Assembly (NCBI GenBank): GCA_963777115.1
Contig: CAVZPP010000003.1
Coordinates: 774,250 to 838,249 of the forward strand
From: an uncultured Bacteroidaceae bacterium
GTDB taxonomy: Bacteria > Bacteroidota > Bacteroidia > Bacteroidales > SM23-62
Direction: 5' to 3'
Length of the DNA: 64,000 nt
Shown here piece by piece: positions 20,597-30,181 of the stretch. A program made the translations under genes and the position numbers. The first letter of the stretch is position 1. Each line of letters opens with the position of its first letter. The notes under the pieces were generated by a model. It ran no database searches and had not been told where the DNA came from. It worked only from the letters and a program-made list of their open reading frames with translations.

Positions 20597-22240
20597 ATGA
20601 ATAAACAGGAAATATTGACCTTTCCTTCGATGTTCGGAAAGATTGTAGAAAAGCACGGTGATTCGAATGCTATGTCCTTTGTAGGAGAAAAACCACTGAG
20701 CTACAAGGAAGTTCAAAAACAGATCGCATCGGTTATTGCTTTACTTGAAAGTCTGGGGATACAGCCGGGAGATAAGGTGGCCATTCTGAGTACCAATATG
20801 CCCAACTGGGGAATTGCATATTTTGCAATAAGTTTTATGGGTTCTGTTGTCGTTCCTCTGCTGCCAGATTTTATGCCCGGAGAGATAGGGAACATCCTGG
20901 AACATTCAGGCAGCAAAGCAATTTTTGTGTCTTCTGGACTTCAGCAAAAGTTAAATGACATTTCTGCTGGGGAATTAAAACATAAAATCCAGATTGAGGA
21001 TTTTATGTTATTGTCTGAAGGTCCTGGTAAAACAGTATATGATGTTTCTTCCAGTCCAGTCAAAACATATGAAGTAAATGAAGAAGATCTTGCTGCAATA
21101 ATATATACTTCAGGCACAACAGGATCCTCCAAGGGAGTAATGTTGACCCATAAAAATATATGTTCAAATGTAGTAGGATGCCGGCTTCTGCATCCGGTTG
21201 GGGCAACGGACCGGTTTATTTCCATATTACCCCTTTCCCACTCGCTGGAAAATACGGTAGGTTTTGTTTTCCCTATCATGCACGGGGCATGTATTTACTA
21301 TATGCAGAAGCCACCTTCTCCTTCTGTTCTTATGCCTGCACTCAAAGAAATAAAACCCACTGTCATGTTGTCGGTTCCAATGATTATTGAGAAGATATAT
21401 TTTCAAAAAATATTGCCAACACTTCAGCAGAAAACAATCACTCGCAATCTATTGAAGGTTCCTTTCATGAGAAAGGTCCTTCACCGCGTAGCAGGAAAGA
21501 AATTAATGGACACTTTCGGTGGGGAAATTGAGTTTTTCGGCATAGGCGGGGCTAAATTAAATTCAACCGTTGAACAATTTCTCATTGAAGCAGGCTTTCC
21601 ATATGCCATTGGATACGGTTTGACAGAAACAGCGCCATTACTTGCAGGTGCAGTGCCCGGTAAAACTAAGCTAGGGTCTACGGGACTGGTCGCTGATGGA
21701 GTGGAACTTAAGATCAATGATCCTGATCCAAATACAGGGGAAGGAGAAATATGGGCAAAAGGACCGAACATTATGAAAGGATATTACCAGGAGCCGGAAC
21801 TAACAAAGGAGGTGTTAACCGAAGACGGATGGTTCCGTACCGGAGACCTTGGTATTATTGATGACAATCACATGATTTTTATTAAGGGAAGGCTGAAAAA
21901 CATGATCGTGGGATCAAGCGGTGAAAATGTATATCCCGAAGAGATAGAATTTGTAATAAATAATTTCAAACATGTTGAGGAATCACTGGTTGTCGAAAAG
22001 AAAGGAAAACTGGTTGCCCTGGTGCATGTAAACCTGGAGGAAATTGAGCAGGCCTATCAGCACCTGAAAGAAGAAGTACATAATCTCGTTGAGGAGAAAA
22101 CAGAGGAGATCCTCAAGGATGTAAAGAAATATGTGAATGAGAGAGTCAATAAATTCTCACAGATAAATTCAGTAGTTCTTCAAAGCCTCCCTTTCCAAAA
22201 GACTGCAACAAAAAAAATCAAGCGCTATCTATACAAATAA
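20597..22240 (+). CDS. long-chain fatty acid--CoA ligase (AMP-binding family)
   Basis: 547 aa with AMP-binding motifs IIYTSGTTGSSKGVMLTH, GYGLTET and FRTGDLG. Confidence 0.9.
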   Translation: MNKQEILTFPSMFGKIVEKHGDSNAMSFVGEKPLSYKEVQKQIASVIALLESLGIQPGDKVAILSTNMPNWGIAYFAISFMGSVVVPLLPDFMPGEIGNILEHSGSKAIFVSSGLQQKLNDISAGELKHKIQIEDFMLLSEGPGKTVYDVSSSPVKTYEVNEEDLAAIIYTSGTTGSSKGVMLTHKNICSNVVGCRLLHPVGATDRFISILPLSHSLENTVGFVFPIMHGACIYYMQKPPSPSVLMPALKEIKPTVMLSVPMIIEKIYFQKILPTLQQKTITRNLLKVPFMRKVLHRVAGKKLMDTFGGEIEFFGIGGAKLNSTVEQFLIEAGFPYAIGYGLTETAPLLAGAVPGKTKLGSTGLVADGVELKINDPDPNTGEGEIWAKGPNIMKGYYQEPELTKEVLTEDGWFRTGDLGIIDDNHMIFIKGRLKNMIVGSSGENVYPEEIEFVINNFKHVEESLVVEKKGKLVALVHVNLEEIEQAYQHLKEEVHNLVEEKTEEILKDVKKYVNERVNKFSQINSVVLQSLPFQKTATKKIKRYLYK

Positions 22241-22291
22241 TCCAGAGAATTCAGATTTGGATTTTTAGTTTGCAAAATTGAACATTACAGC

Positions 22292-23347
22292 ATGCAGGAT
22301 ATTAGCCTCTTCGCTGGACTAATTACCTCCCTTGCCATTAGCCTTATTGCTATCCCCAGCATTGTAAAGGTTGCTATAGGAAAAGGCCTTTATGGCATAG
22401 ACCGGAAAAACAGAGAGAAAGGAAAGAAAGTGCCAACACTTGGGGGATTGGCAATATTTGCAGGGGTAATGGTTTCGCTGAATCTTTTTGCAGATGTTTC
22501 TGTCTTTCCAGAACTTCCATACATAACCGCTGCTGCTATTGGACTATTTTTCATTGGACTCAAGGATGATATTCTGGTAACTGCCCCCTGGTGGAAATTA
22601 CTGGGACAGATACTCGTTGCCCTGGTTATTTGCATACCAGGCAAATTAATAATACCGGATACAGGAAGTTTAATAGGACTCTACCCCTCCGGTAAAACGG
22701 TAGAAATTCTGATAACTGTTTTTGTTATTATTACCATCATGAACAGCTATAACCTAATTGATGGTATTGATGGACTGGCAGCTGGGATAGGTATTCTATC
22801 TTCCTTGATATTGGGGATAACATTCTGGCGTGCCGGATTACAGTCCTGGGCCCTTATGTCTGCTGCAATTACGGGAAGCCTGGCCGGATTTGCATGGTAT
22901 AATGTTATCAGCCGCCGGAGAAAAATCTACATGGGAGACACAGGATCTTTACTCATAGGATTTTTATTATCCATAATGGCCGTGCGGTTCCTGAATATTG
23001 ATAAACCCCAGGGTCTTTTTATGCAAATACAGACGCCTTTGGCTCTTGTTATTTCTGTTTTTTTCATTCCATTGTTTGATACGATGAGAATAATTATTAT
23101 CAGGATATTGAAGGGACATTCCCCCTTACGACCGGACCGGATGCATATCCACTACCACCTGGTTGACATGGGACTGACGCACATACAGGCCACAGGTATA
23201 TTGGTGGGAATAAACCTGGTGATAATAATTATTGTAGTCGTATTTCAGGAACTGGGAGAGCGGGTCCTTTTGGGAATATTATTGTTGACGGCAACCTTAT
23301 TGTCCCTTTTACCTGGAGTAGGCAGAAAAAGAAATAAGAGTCTCTAA
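22292..23347 (+). CDS. polyprenyl-phosphate sugar-1-phosphate transferase (MraY/WecA family)
   Basis: 351 aa, polytopic, with NLIDGIDGLAAG and MGDTGSL motifs. Confidence 0.85.
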   Translation: MQDISLFAGLITSLAISLIAIPSIVKVAIGKGLYGIDRKNREKGKKVPTLGGLAIFAGVMVSLNLFADVSVFPELPYITAAAIGLFFIGLKDDILVTAPWWKLLGQILVALVICIPGKLIIPDTGSLIGLYPSGKTVEILITVFVIITIMNSYNLIDGIDGLAAGIGILSSLILGITFWRAGLQSWALMSAAITGSLAGFAWYNVISRRRKIYMGDTGSLLIGFLLSIMAVRFLNIDKPQGLFMQIQTPLALVISVFFIPLFDTMRIIIIRILKGHSPLRPDRMHIHYHLVDMGLTHIQATGILVGINLVIIIIVVVFQELGERVLLGILLLTATLLSLLPGVGRKRNKSL

Positions 23348-23352
23348 AAATT

Positions 23353-24369
23353 TTAAGCATGCATGTCCATGAAAAATTTCGCTGTTTCCTCAATGGATTT
23401 TTGTACAGGTTTAAATTTCATACCCGTAGCCTCGCTGATTTTCTGATTTGAAAACCGGGCCTTCCTTCTGGCTGATATAGCCGTGTCACGTGTTATCATG
23501 CGCTTTTTGCCGCTGATTTTGCTAAGCAGCCAATCTGCTCTCCACCCCAGAGAAGTCAGAAAAGGAGTGGCATGAATTCCAGGCGGTTTTTTTCCAAGAC
23601 AGGAAGCCATCATACTCAAGACCGCTTGAAAGGAAAGGTTTTCAGCTGAAACCGTATATCGCTCTCCCTGAAAATCCCCCTCCATGAGTAGCGTCATGGC
23701 CTGGATTACATCACGAATGTCTACATAACCGGTAATTCCTTTTGTATAAAACTTCATCCCCCTCCAAACAGCAGTGAACAAATACGAAGAACTCCTGTTC
23801 CAGTCCCCTGGCCCGATTATAATCGAGGGATTGACAATGACTGCATTTAAGCCTTCCGCAATTCCCCTCCAGACCTCCATTTCGGAGTTGAATTTACTTA
23901 TGGAATACAGGGAACGTTCTTTAGAATATGTCCATAAAATATCCTCAGTGATATTTTCTTCCTTCGGGGAATCCCCAAGTGCTGAGGTTGAGCTGACAAA
24001 ACAAAGCTTTTTAATATTCTTTTCAAGACAAGCATTTACTACATTGGCTGTTCCCCCAACATTATTATCCATCAGCCGGATTCGCTCTCCGGGTATAAAG
24101 GAAACATCTGCAGCAGTATGATATACATATTCTATATCATTCAGGACCTCAAAAATCGAATCAATATCTGTTATATCGCCAGCAACCCATTCTATCCTGT
24201 TATACCGTTCTTCAGGATTTTCAAGATACAGGGAAAAGATGTCATAAACCTGCCGAAGGTTTGACTCAGGACGATGGATGGCTCTGACCAGGTTGTGTTT
24301 ACCTGTAAGCTCAAGAAGGAGATGACTTCCTACCAAACCAGTACCTCCTGTTACAAGTATCATTAGCAA
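23353..24369 (-). CDS. NAD-dependent epimerase/dehydratase (extended SDR)
   Basis: Rossmann motif VTGGTGLVGSHL and a YSISK catalytic Y-x3-K. Confidence 0.85.
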   Translation of the reverse strand: MLMILVTGGTGLVGSHLLLELTGKHNLVRAIHRPESNLRQVYDIFSLYLENPEERYNRIEWVAGDITDIDSIFEVLNDIEYVYHTAADVSFIPGERIRLMDNNVGGTANVVNACLEKNIKKLCFVSSTSALGDSPKEENITEDILWTYSKERSLYSISKFNSEMEVWRGIAEGLNAVIVNPSIIIGPGDWNRSSSYLFTAVWRGMKFYTKGITGYVDIRDVIQAMTLLMEGDFQGERYTVSAENLSFQAVLSMMASCLGKKPPGIHATPFLTSLGWRADWLLSKISGKKRMITRDTAISARRKARFSNQKISEATGMKFKPVQKSIEETAKFFMDMHA

Positions 24370-24467
24370 TCTTTTTGAAGAGCCAGTTAAATTATAAAAA
24401 AATAGATCAGGGGGAACTGATTTTTAAGGTTTTTATGGATTAAGTAAAAACTAATCCAAGGCAAGAT

Positions 24468-24812
24468 ATGAAAACAGACAACATCTATGACTTTTCCATC
24501 TCAATGGTAGCTGGACTGGGTGCAACAGTGGAAGAAACTGCTGACACTACTGATTTCCCCCGCTTTCTTATGATACGGCGCGAATTGAACCATTTTTTAC
24601 TGAACCTGAATTACAGCAATCGGGCAGAAGGAGCCGGACAGCAAATTCATTTTTTGTTTTTGGCCCTCGAACATCTTGAAAACGTAGATAAAGAAATCCG
24701 AATTACAGGAGCCTCCCAGGAAATGATGTCCCAGGAAAGAATTCATGACAAAATAAGAAGTCTGAAAATCCTGATCCTAAAATATATTAAACACCTGACA
24801 GGGGAGGCTTAG
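24468..24812 (+). CDS. hypothetical protein
   Basis: 114-aa ORF filling an otherwise empty gap. No recognisable motif. Confidence 0.35.
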   Translation: MKTDNIYDFSISMVAGLGATVEETADTTDFPRFLMIRRELNHFLLNLNYSNRAEGAGQQIHFLFLALEHLENVDKEIRITGASQEMMSQERIHDKIRSLKILILKYIKHLTGEA

Positions 24813-24833
24813 CCCAGGCTTTTTTCATTGATC

Positions 24834-25433
24834 TTAAATTTTGCCGAGCTGCTTTAGTATTTTTGCAATATACTTTCCAATAATATCAAACTCAATATTG
24901 ACAACTGTACCTGGCTTAAACTCGTGAAAATTTGTCACCTCGTGTGTATAGGGAATGATGGCAACCTGGAAAGTATTTGCACGTGAGTTAACGACTGTCA
25001 GGCTGACACCGTTTACTGAAACAGACCCCTTTTCAACAGTAAGGTGTTCTTCCATAAGGGGCTCATATTCAAAGGTGTAATACCAGCTTCCTTCTGATTC
25101 CTTAACCTCAGTGCATACTGCTGTAAGATCTACGTGCCCCTGCACCATATGTCCATCGAGCCTTCCGTCAGCTCTTACACTTCTTTCGAGGTTTACTTTA
25201 GTGCCGGGCAGCCAGCTACCAAGGTTTGTTTTCAGAAGTGTTTCCTGTATGGCCGTGACAGTATAGTCCCCCTTATCTACTTTAACAACAGTAAGGCAAA
25301 CGCCATCATGAGCAACGCTCTGGTCTATGTCAAGTTCAGACAGGAATGAACAATTCAGACTGAAATGAATGTTTTCCTGATCTTTTTCTATCCGTGTTAC
25401 GGTTGCTGTTTCTTCAACAATTCCTGAAAACAT
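24834..25433 (-). CDS. ribE: riboflavin synthase
   Basis: MFSGIVEE... start, two lumazine-binding repeats, and GHVD. Confidence 0.95.
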   Translation of the reverse strand: MFSGIVEETATVTRIEKDQENIHFSLNCSFLSELDIDQSVAHDGVCLTVVKVDKGDYTVTAIQETLLKTNLGSWLPGTKVNLERSVRADGRLDGHMVQGHVDLTAVCTEVKESEGSWYYTFEYEPLMEEHLTVEKGSVSVNGVSLTVVNSRANTFQVAIIPYTHEVTNFHEFKPGTVVNIEFDIIGKYIAKILKQLGKI

Positions 25434-25544
25434 AATTTGATGTATTAATTTTATACGAAATTAGTATTAAATCTTTTTTTCGGGAGAGATTCCTTCATTT
25501 CTTTCTACAGGCCAACCACCACCCTGTCTATCCGAAATAATTAT

Positions 25545-25552
25545 TATCTTTG
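25545..25552 (+). promoter_or_regulatory. candidate -7 promoter box (TAnnTTTG) for ileS
   Basis: TATCTTTG lies 36 nt upstream of the ileS ATG. Confidence 0.4.
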
Positions 25553-25587
25553 TCGCTTTCTGAAAACGAGGTAAAAAACAAGTCTAC

Positions 25588-28500
25588 ATGAGCACGAAAT
25601 TTCCTGAATATAAGGGACTTGATCTTTCGAAGATAAACAGGGAAATTGTTCAAATCTGGAAGGACAATAAGACTTTCGAGCAAAGCATTGAAATACGGAA
25701 AAATGCACCGGAATTTATTTTTTTTGAGGGACCACCATCAGCAAATGGGATGCCCGGCATCCACCATGTTATTTCCCGGACCATAAAAGATGCATTCTGC
25801 AGGTATAAAACCCAGAAAGGTTTCCTCGTTAATCGTAAAGCCGGATGGGACACTCATGGACTGCCCATTGAGCTTGCTGTAGAAAAGGCCAGAGGAATTA
25901 CCAAGGAAGATATCGGGAAAAAGATTTCAGTAGCTGAATATAATAGGATATGCCGGGAGGAAGTGATGAAATATACCCGGGAATGGGAGGAAGTTACAGA
26001 CCGCATGGGATACTGGGTCAATTTGAGGGAACCCTACATCACCTATGAAAATAAATACATAGAAACTCTCTGGCACCTTCTGAAACGGCTTCATGAAAAG
26101 GATCTTCTCTATAAAGGATATACCATCCAGCCCTATTCTCCTGCTGCCGGCACTGGGCTGTCCAGCCATGAACTTAATCAGCCAGGTTGCTACAGAGATG
26201 TTAAAGACACGACCATTGTTGCTCTTTTTAAACTAAACAGGGAAAAGAGTTCAGAATTTCTTTTTGCTAAAACAGACACGGATGTTTTTATTCTGGCATG
26301 GACCACTACACCATGGACACTTCCATCGAATACGGCCCTGGCGATGGGACCCAAAATGGAATATGTTTCTGTTAAAACATTTAATCCCTATACAGGAGAT
26401 CCCATATGCGTTATTCTGGCCAAGGCATTACTACATACTTTTTTCCCACAGGAAAATGAAAATTTGGATTGGGAAGAATACAAACAGGGGAATAAAAATA
26501 TTCCGTATAAAATATTGTCCGAGTACAAGGGAAATCAGTTTGAGGGTCTTGAATACGAACAACTCATTAACTGGGTGAAACCACGCAAGCCAGCATTCAG
26601 AGTTCTAATGGGTGATTTTGTTACAACAGAAGAGGGAACCGGAATAGTACACATAGCCCCAACATTTGGTGCGGATGACTATCGCATTGCCCAAAAGTAT
26701 AACATTCCCTCGTTGGTTGTGGTGGACAATGAAGGAGAGACACAGCCCCTTGTTGATAAGCGCGGAAGATTCTACAGGTTGGGAGATCTTGATGAAGAAT
26801 TTATAGGGGATTTTGTTAACCAGGATAGTTATGGTGATTTTGCAGGAAAATTCGTTAAAAACGAATATGATGAAACTATTCCCGAGGGGAGCGAATCTAC
26901 TGATGTTAAAATAGCAGTCAGCCTGAAACAGAACAAGAAAGCTTTCCAGATAGCCAAATATACACATAGCTATCCCCATTGCTGGAGGACGGACAAACCG
27001 GTTCTGTATTATCCAATGTCTTCCTGGTTTATCAGGACCACAAGGGTAAAAGACAGGCTCATTGAATTGAATAATACAATTAACTGGAAACCCACATCGA
27101 CTGGAGTCGGAAGATTTGGAAAATGGTTAGAGAATCTGGTGGACTGGAACCTATCGCGTACAAGATTCTGGGGCACCCCCCTGCCAATTTGGATGAGCGA
27201 AGACAGGCAAGAATTAAAATGCATAGGTTCTGTTGAGGAGCTTAAATTGGAAATTGAAAAAGCGGTTGCCTCAGGTATTATGGACAGCAATCCCCTGGAA
27301 AACTTCATCCCCGGCGATAATTCTGCAGAGAACTACGAGAATTTTGATCTGCACCGACCTTTTGTTGACGATATTAAGCTTGTTTCTGATACAGGAAAAA
27401 TTCTGCACCGGGAAGCAGACCTGATTGATGTATGGTTTGATTCCGGGGCCATGCCTTATGCCCAGTGGCATTATCCTTTCGAAAGAAAAAATGAATTCGA
27501 CAAATTATTTCCGGCTGATTTTATTTCTGAGGGTGTTGACCAGACAAGAGGATGGTTTTTCACTCTTCATGCAATTGCCACTATGATATCCGATTCAGTT
27601 TCTTTTAAAAACATTATTTCCCATGGTTTGGTACTGGACAAAAGGGGAAATAAAATGTCAAAACGACTCGGTAATACGGTTGATCCCTTTGAGACTATTG
27701 AAAAATTCGGTGCCGACCCCCTGAGGTGGTATATGATGACCAATTCACAGCCCTGGGATAACCTTAAATTCGATATTGATGGGGTGGATGAGGTAAAACG
27801 GAAATTCTTCGCAACGCTATATAATACCTATTCATTTTTTGCACTTTACGCGAATGTTGATGGTTTTACATATACTAAAGGAGAAGTTCCGGTAAACGAA
27901 AGACCGGAAATCGACCGCTGGATAATTTCCCTGCTCAACTCCCTTATCAGGGAAGTGGATATGCAAATGGATGATTATGAGCCCACCAGGGCAGGCAGGG
28001 CCATCCAGGAGTTTGTTGTGGAACACCTGAGCAATTGGTATGTCAGACTTAACAGAAAAAGATTCTGGGGGGGCGAATTTACAACTGATAAAAGAGCCGC
28101 CTATCAGACATTGTATACCTGCCTTGAAACGGTTTCCCAATTAATGGCACCGCTGGCACCGTTTTATTCAGAACGGCTTTTCGCAGACCTTAACCAGGCT
28201 ACTCAGAAACATACCATAGGATCTGTACACCTTTGCGACTTCCCATCCCATAACCCTGATTTTATTGACAAAGACCTTGAGGAAAGGATGGATATTGCAC
28301 AAAGAATTTCATCCATGGTTCTGGGCTTAAGAAGAAAAGTTAACATTAAGGTAAGGCAACCTTTGAATAAATTAATGATTCCCGTACTTAACAATGGATT
28401 TCAGCATAAGGTTGAAGCAGTAAAAGACCTTATTCTGACGGAAATAAACGTAAAAGAGATAGAGTTTCTTACAGATACCAGCGGAATCCTTGTTAAAAAG

Positions 28501-29031
28501 ATTAAAGCAAATTTTAAATCTCTGGGTCCCAGGTTTGGAAAACTAATGAAACAAATTGCCAGGGAGGTTCAGGAAATGACCCAGGAAGATATTGCCCTAT
28601 TTGAGAAAGAAGAAAAATGGAAACTTGATATTTCCGGTGAGGAAGTCCTTCTACAACCTGAAGATGTTGAAATCACCACCGAGGACATTCCGGGATGGTT
28701 GGTCTCGAGTGATTCCAGCCTGACTGTTGCCCTGGACGTTACCATCACGGAAGAGTTGCGGCAAGAAGGGATTGCCCGGGAATTTATTAACCGGATTCAA
28801 AATTACCGGAAAGAGAGCGGGTTTGAAGTCACTGACAAGATAAATGTCCTTATAGTGAAAGAGGATTCCCTGAATGAGGCGATCATAAAACATAAGGAAT
28901 ATATCGGCACTCAGACCCTTGCCAGGGAGGTAAATCTTGTGGAAGAACTGGACACAAAAACTGCCAAAAAAATTGAATTGGAAGAAGATGTTCAGACCTG
29001 GTTAAAAATCGACAAAGTCCCTGAAATTTAA
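25588..29031 (+). CDS. ileS: isoleucine--tRNA ligase
   Basis: 1147 aa, class I aaRS, with PSANGMPGIHHV (HIGH region), KMSKRLGN (KMSKS) and the WTTTPWTLPSN editing region. Confidence 0.97.
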   Translation: MSTKFPEYKGLDLSKINREIVQIWKDNKTFEQSIEIRKNAPEFIFFEGPPSANGMPGIHHVISRTIKDAFCRYKTQKGFLVNRKAGWDTHGLPIELAVEKARGITKEDIGKKISVAEYNRICREEVMKYTREWEEVTDRMGYWVNLREPYITYENKYIETLWHLLKRLHEKDLLYKGYTIQPYSPAAGTGLSSHELNQPGCYRDVKDTTIVALFKLNREKSSEFLFAKTDTDVFILAWTTTPWTLPSNTALAMGPKMEYVSVKTFNPYTGDPICVILAKALLHTFFPQENENLDWEEYKQGNKNIPYKILSEYKGNQFEGLEYEQLINWVKPRKPAFRVLMGDFVTTEEGTGIVHIAPTFGADDYRIAQKYNIPSLVVVDNEGETQPLVDKRGRFYRLGDLDEEFIGDFVNQDSYGDFAGKFVKNEYDETIPEGSESTDVKIAVSLKQNKKAFQIAKYTHSYPHCWRTDKPVLYYPMSSWFIRTTRVKDRLIELNNTINWKPTSTGVGRFGKWLENLVDWNLSRTRFWGTPLPIWMSEDRQELKCIGSVEELKLEIEKAVASGIMDSNPLENFIPGDNSAENYENFDLHRPFVDDIKLVSDTGKILHREADLIDVWFDSGAMPYAQWHYPFERKNEFDKLFPADFISEGVDQTRGWFFTLHAIATMISDSVSFKNIISHGLVLDKRGNKMSKRLGNTVDPFETIEKFGADPLRWYMMTNSQPWDNLKFDIDGVDEVKRKFFATLYNTYSFFALYANVDGFTYTKGEVPVNERPEIDRWIISLLNSLIREVDMQMDDYEPTRAGRAIQEFVVEHLSNWYVRLNRKRFWGGEFTTDKRAAYQTLYTCLETVSQLMAPLAPFYSERLFADLNQATQKHTIGSVHLCDFPSHNPDFIDKDLEERMDIAQRISSMVLGLRRKVNIKVRQPLNKLMIPVLNNGFQHKVEAVKDLILTEINVKEIEFLTDTSGILVKKIKANFKSLGPRFGKLMKQIAREVQEMTQEDIALFEKEEKWKLDISGEEVLLQPEDVEITTEDIPGWLVSSDSSLTVALDVTITEELRQEGIAREFINRIQNYRKESGFEVTDKINVLIVKEDSLNEAIIKHKEYIGTQTLAREVNLVEELDTKTAKKIELEEDVQTWLKIDKVPEI

Positions 29032-29059
29032 TAACATATTTACGTATATTTATTTTTCT

Positions 29060-29067
29060 TATATTTG
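29060..29067 (+). promoter_or_regulatory. candidate -7 promoter box (TAnnTTTG)
   Basis: TATATTTG lies 17 nt upstream of the dksA-like ATG. Confidence 0.35.
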
Positions 29068-29083
29068 GCAAAATTTACGAGTC

Positions 29084-29458
29084 ATGGGAGAAAAGACAAG
29101 ATATTCAGATGCGGAGCTGGGAGAATTTAAACAGATAATACTGGATAAGCTCGAAAAGGCTAGAAACGACTACGAACTTCTAAAGGAAGCTATTACCCAC
29201 GGAGAAAGCAATGACACGGAGGATACTTCCCCGACCTTTAAGGTTCTTGAAGAAGGTGCTGCAACACTGTCAAAAGAGGAAGCAGGAAAACTTGCTCAGA
29301 GACAACAAAAATTCATACAACACTTACAGGGTGCTTTGGTGAGGATTGAGAATAAAACTTACGGGATCTGCAGGGCAACCGGAGTACTAATCAAGCCTGA
29401 ACGCTTGAGGGCTGTCCCTCACGCCACCCTGAGCATAGAAGCCAAACAAAATCAATAA
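29084..29458 (+). CDS. DksA/TraR family protein with degenerate zinc finger
   Basis: 124 aa with a coiled-coil region and a C-terminal TYGICRATGVLIKPERLRAVPHATLSIEAK. Only 1 of the 4 canonical finger Cys is present. Conserved position between ileS and lspA. Confidence 0.8.
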   Translation: MGEKTRYSDAELGEFKQIILDKLEKARNDYELLKEAITHGESNDTEDTSPTFKVLEEGAATLSKEEAGKLAQRQQKFIQHLQGALVRIENKTYGICRATGVLIKPERLRAVPHATLSIEAKQNQ

Positions 29459-29500
29459 GCAGCCAATCAGATCGGATTCGCCCGGTCTATTTATTACTTC

Positions 29501-30181
29501 ATGTCAATTACCAAAAAAGCCATATTTCTTATCATTATTATCCTGGTGATTGATCAGATCGTTAAGATTCTGGTTAAGACAAATATGACTATTGGAGAAG
29601 AGATCCATGTAATTGGCAATTGGTTCATCCTTCATTTTACCGAGAATAACGGAATGGCTTTTGGAATGGATCTGCCAGGGAATCATGGAAAAACCATCCT
29701 TTCCATTTTCAGGCTGATTGCCATTACCGCCATAGGTTTTTATCTACGATACCTCATTAAGCTGAAAGCGCACAAAGGACTCATATACTCAGTTGCGTTG
29801 ATACTGGCGGGAGCGGCCGGAAATATTATCGACTCTCTTTTTTACGGAATCCTGTTCAATGACAGCTGGGGCAGGGTGGCAACTTTCCTGCCGGAAGGAG
29901 GGGGTTATGCAACTTTCCTGCAAGGCAAGGTGGTTGATTTGTTTTACTTTCCTGTCATCAGGGGTGTATGGCCGGACTGGTTTCCATGGTGGGGAGGAAG
30001 CAGCCTAATTTTTTTCCGTCCCGTATTCAATATCGCAGACTCATCTATTACAATTGGGGTTTCCTTAATCCTTATATGGCAAAAGACATTTTTCTCAGAA
30101 GAGATCTTTCCAGGGAAAAAATCTGAAAATGAAGCTGAGGCAACAGACAATACCAGCACTCCAGAAACAGCGGCTTCTTAA
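29501..30181 (+). CDS. lspA: lipoprotein signal peptidase (signal peptidase II)
   Basis: 4-TM protein with NNGMAFGM and FNIADSSITIG motifs. It has an extra C-terminal acidic tail. Confidence 0.9.
   Translation: MSITKKAIFLIIIILVIDQIVKILVKTNMTIGEEIHVIGNWFILHFTENNGMAFGMDLPGNHGKTILSIFRLIAITAIGFYLRYLIKLKAHKGLIYSVALILAGAAGNIIDSLFYGILFNDSWGRVATFLPEGGGYATFLQGKVVDLFYFPVIRGVWPDWFPWWGGSSLIFFRPVFNIADSSITIGVSLILIWQKTFFSEEIFPGKKSENEAEATDNTSTPETAAS

Noticed and set aside
20525-20716. N-terminal 64-aa extension of the J-domain ORF in the supplied track
   Set aside because: The extension overlaps the divergent acyl-CoA ligase start and has no homology-like features. The J domain begins right after the internal ATG at 20524.
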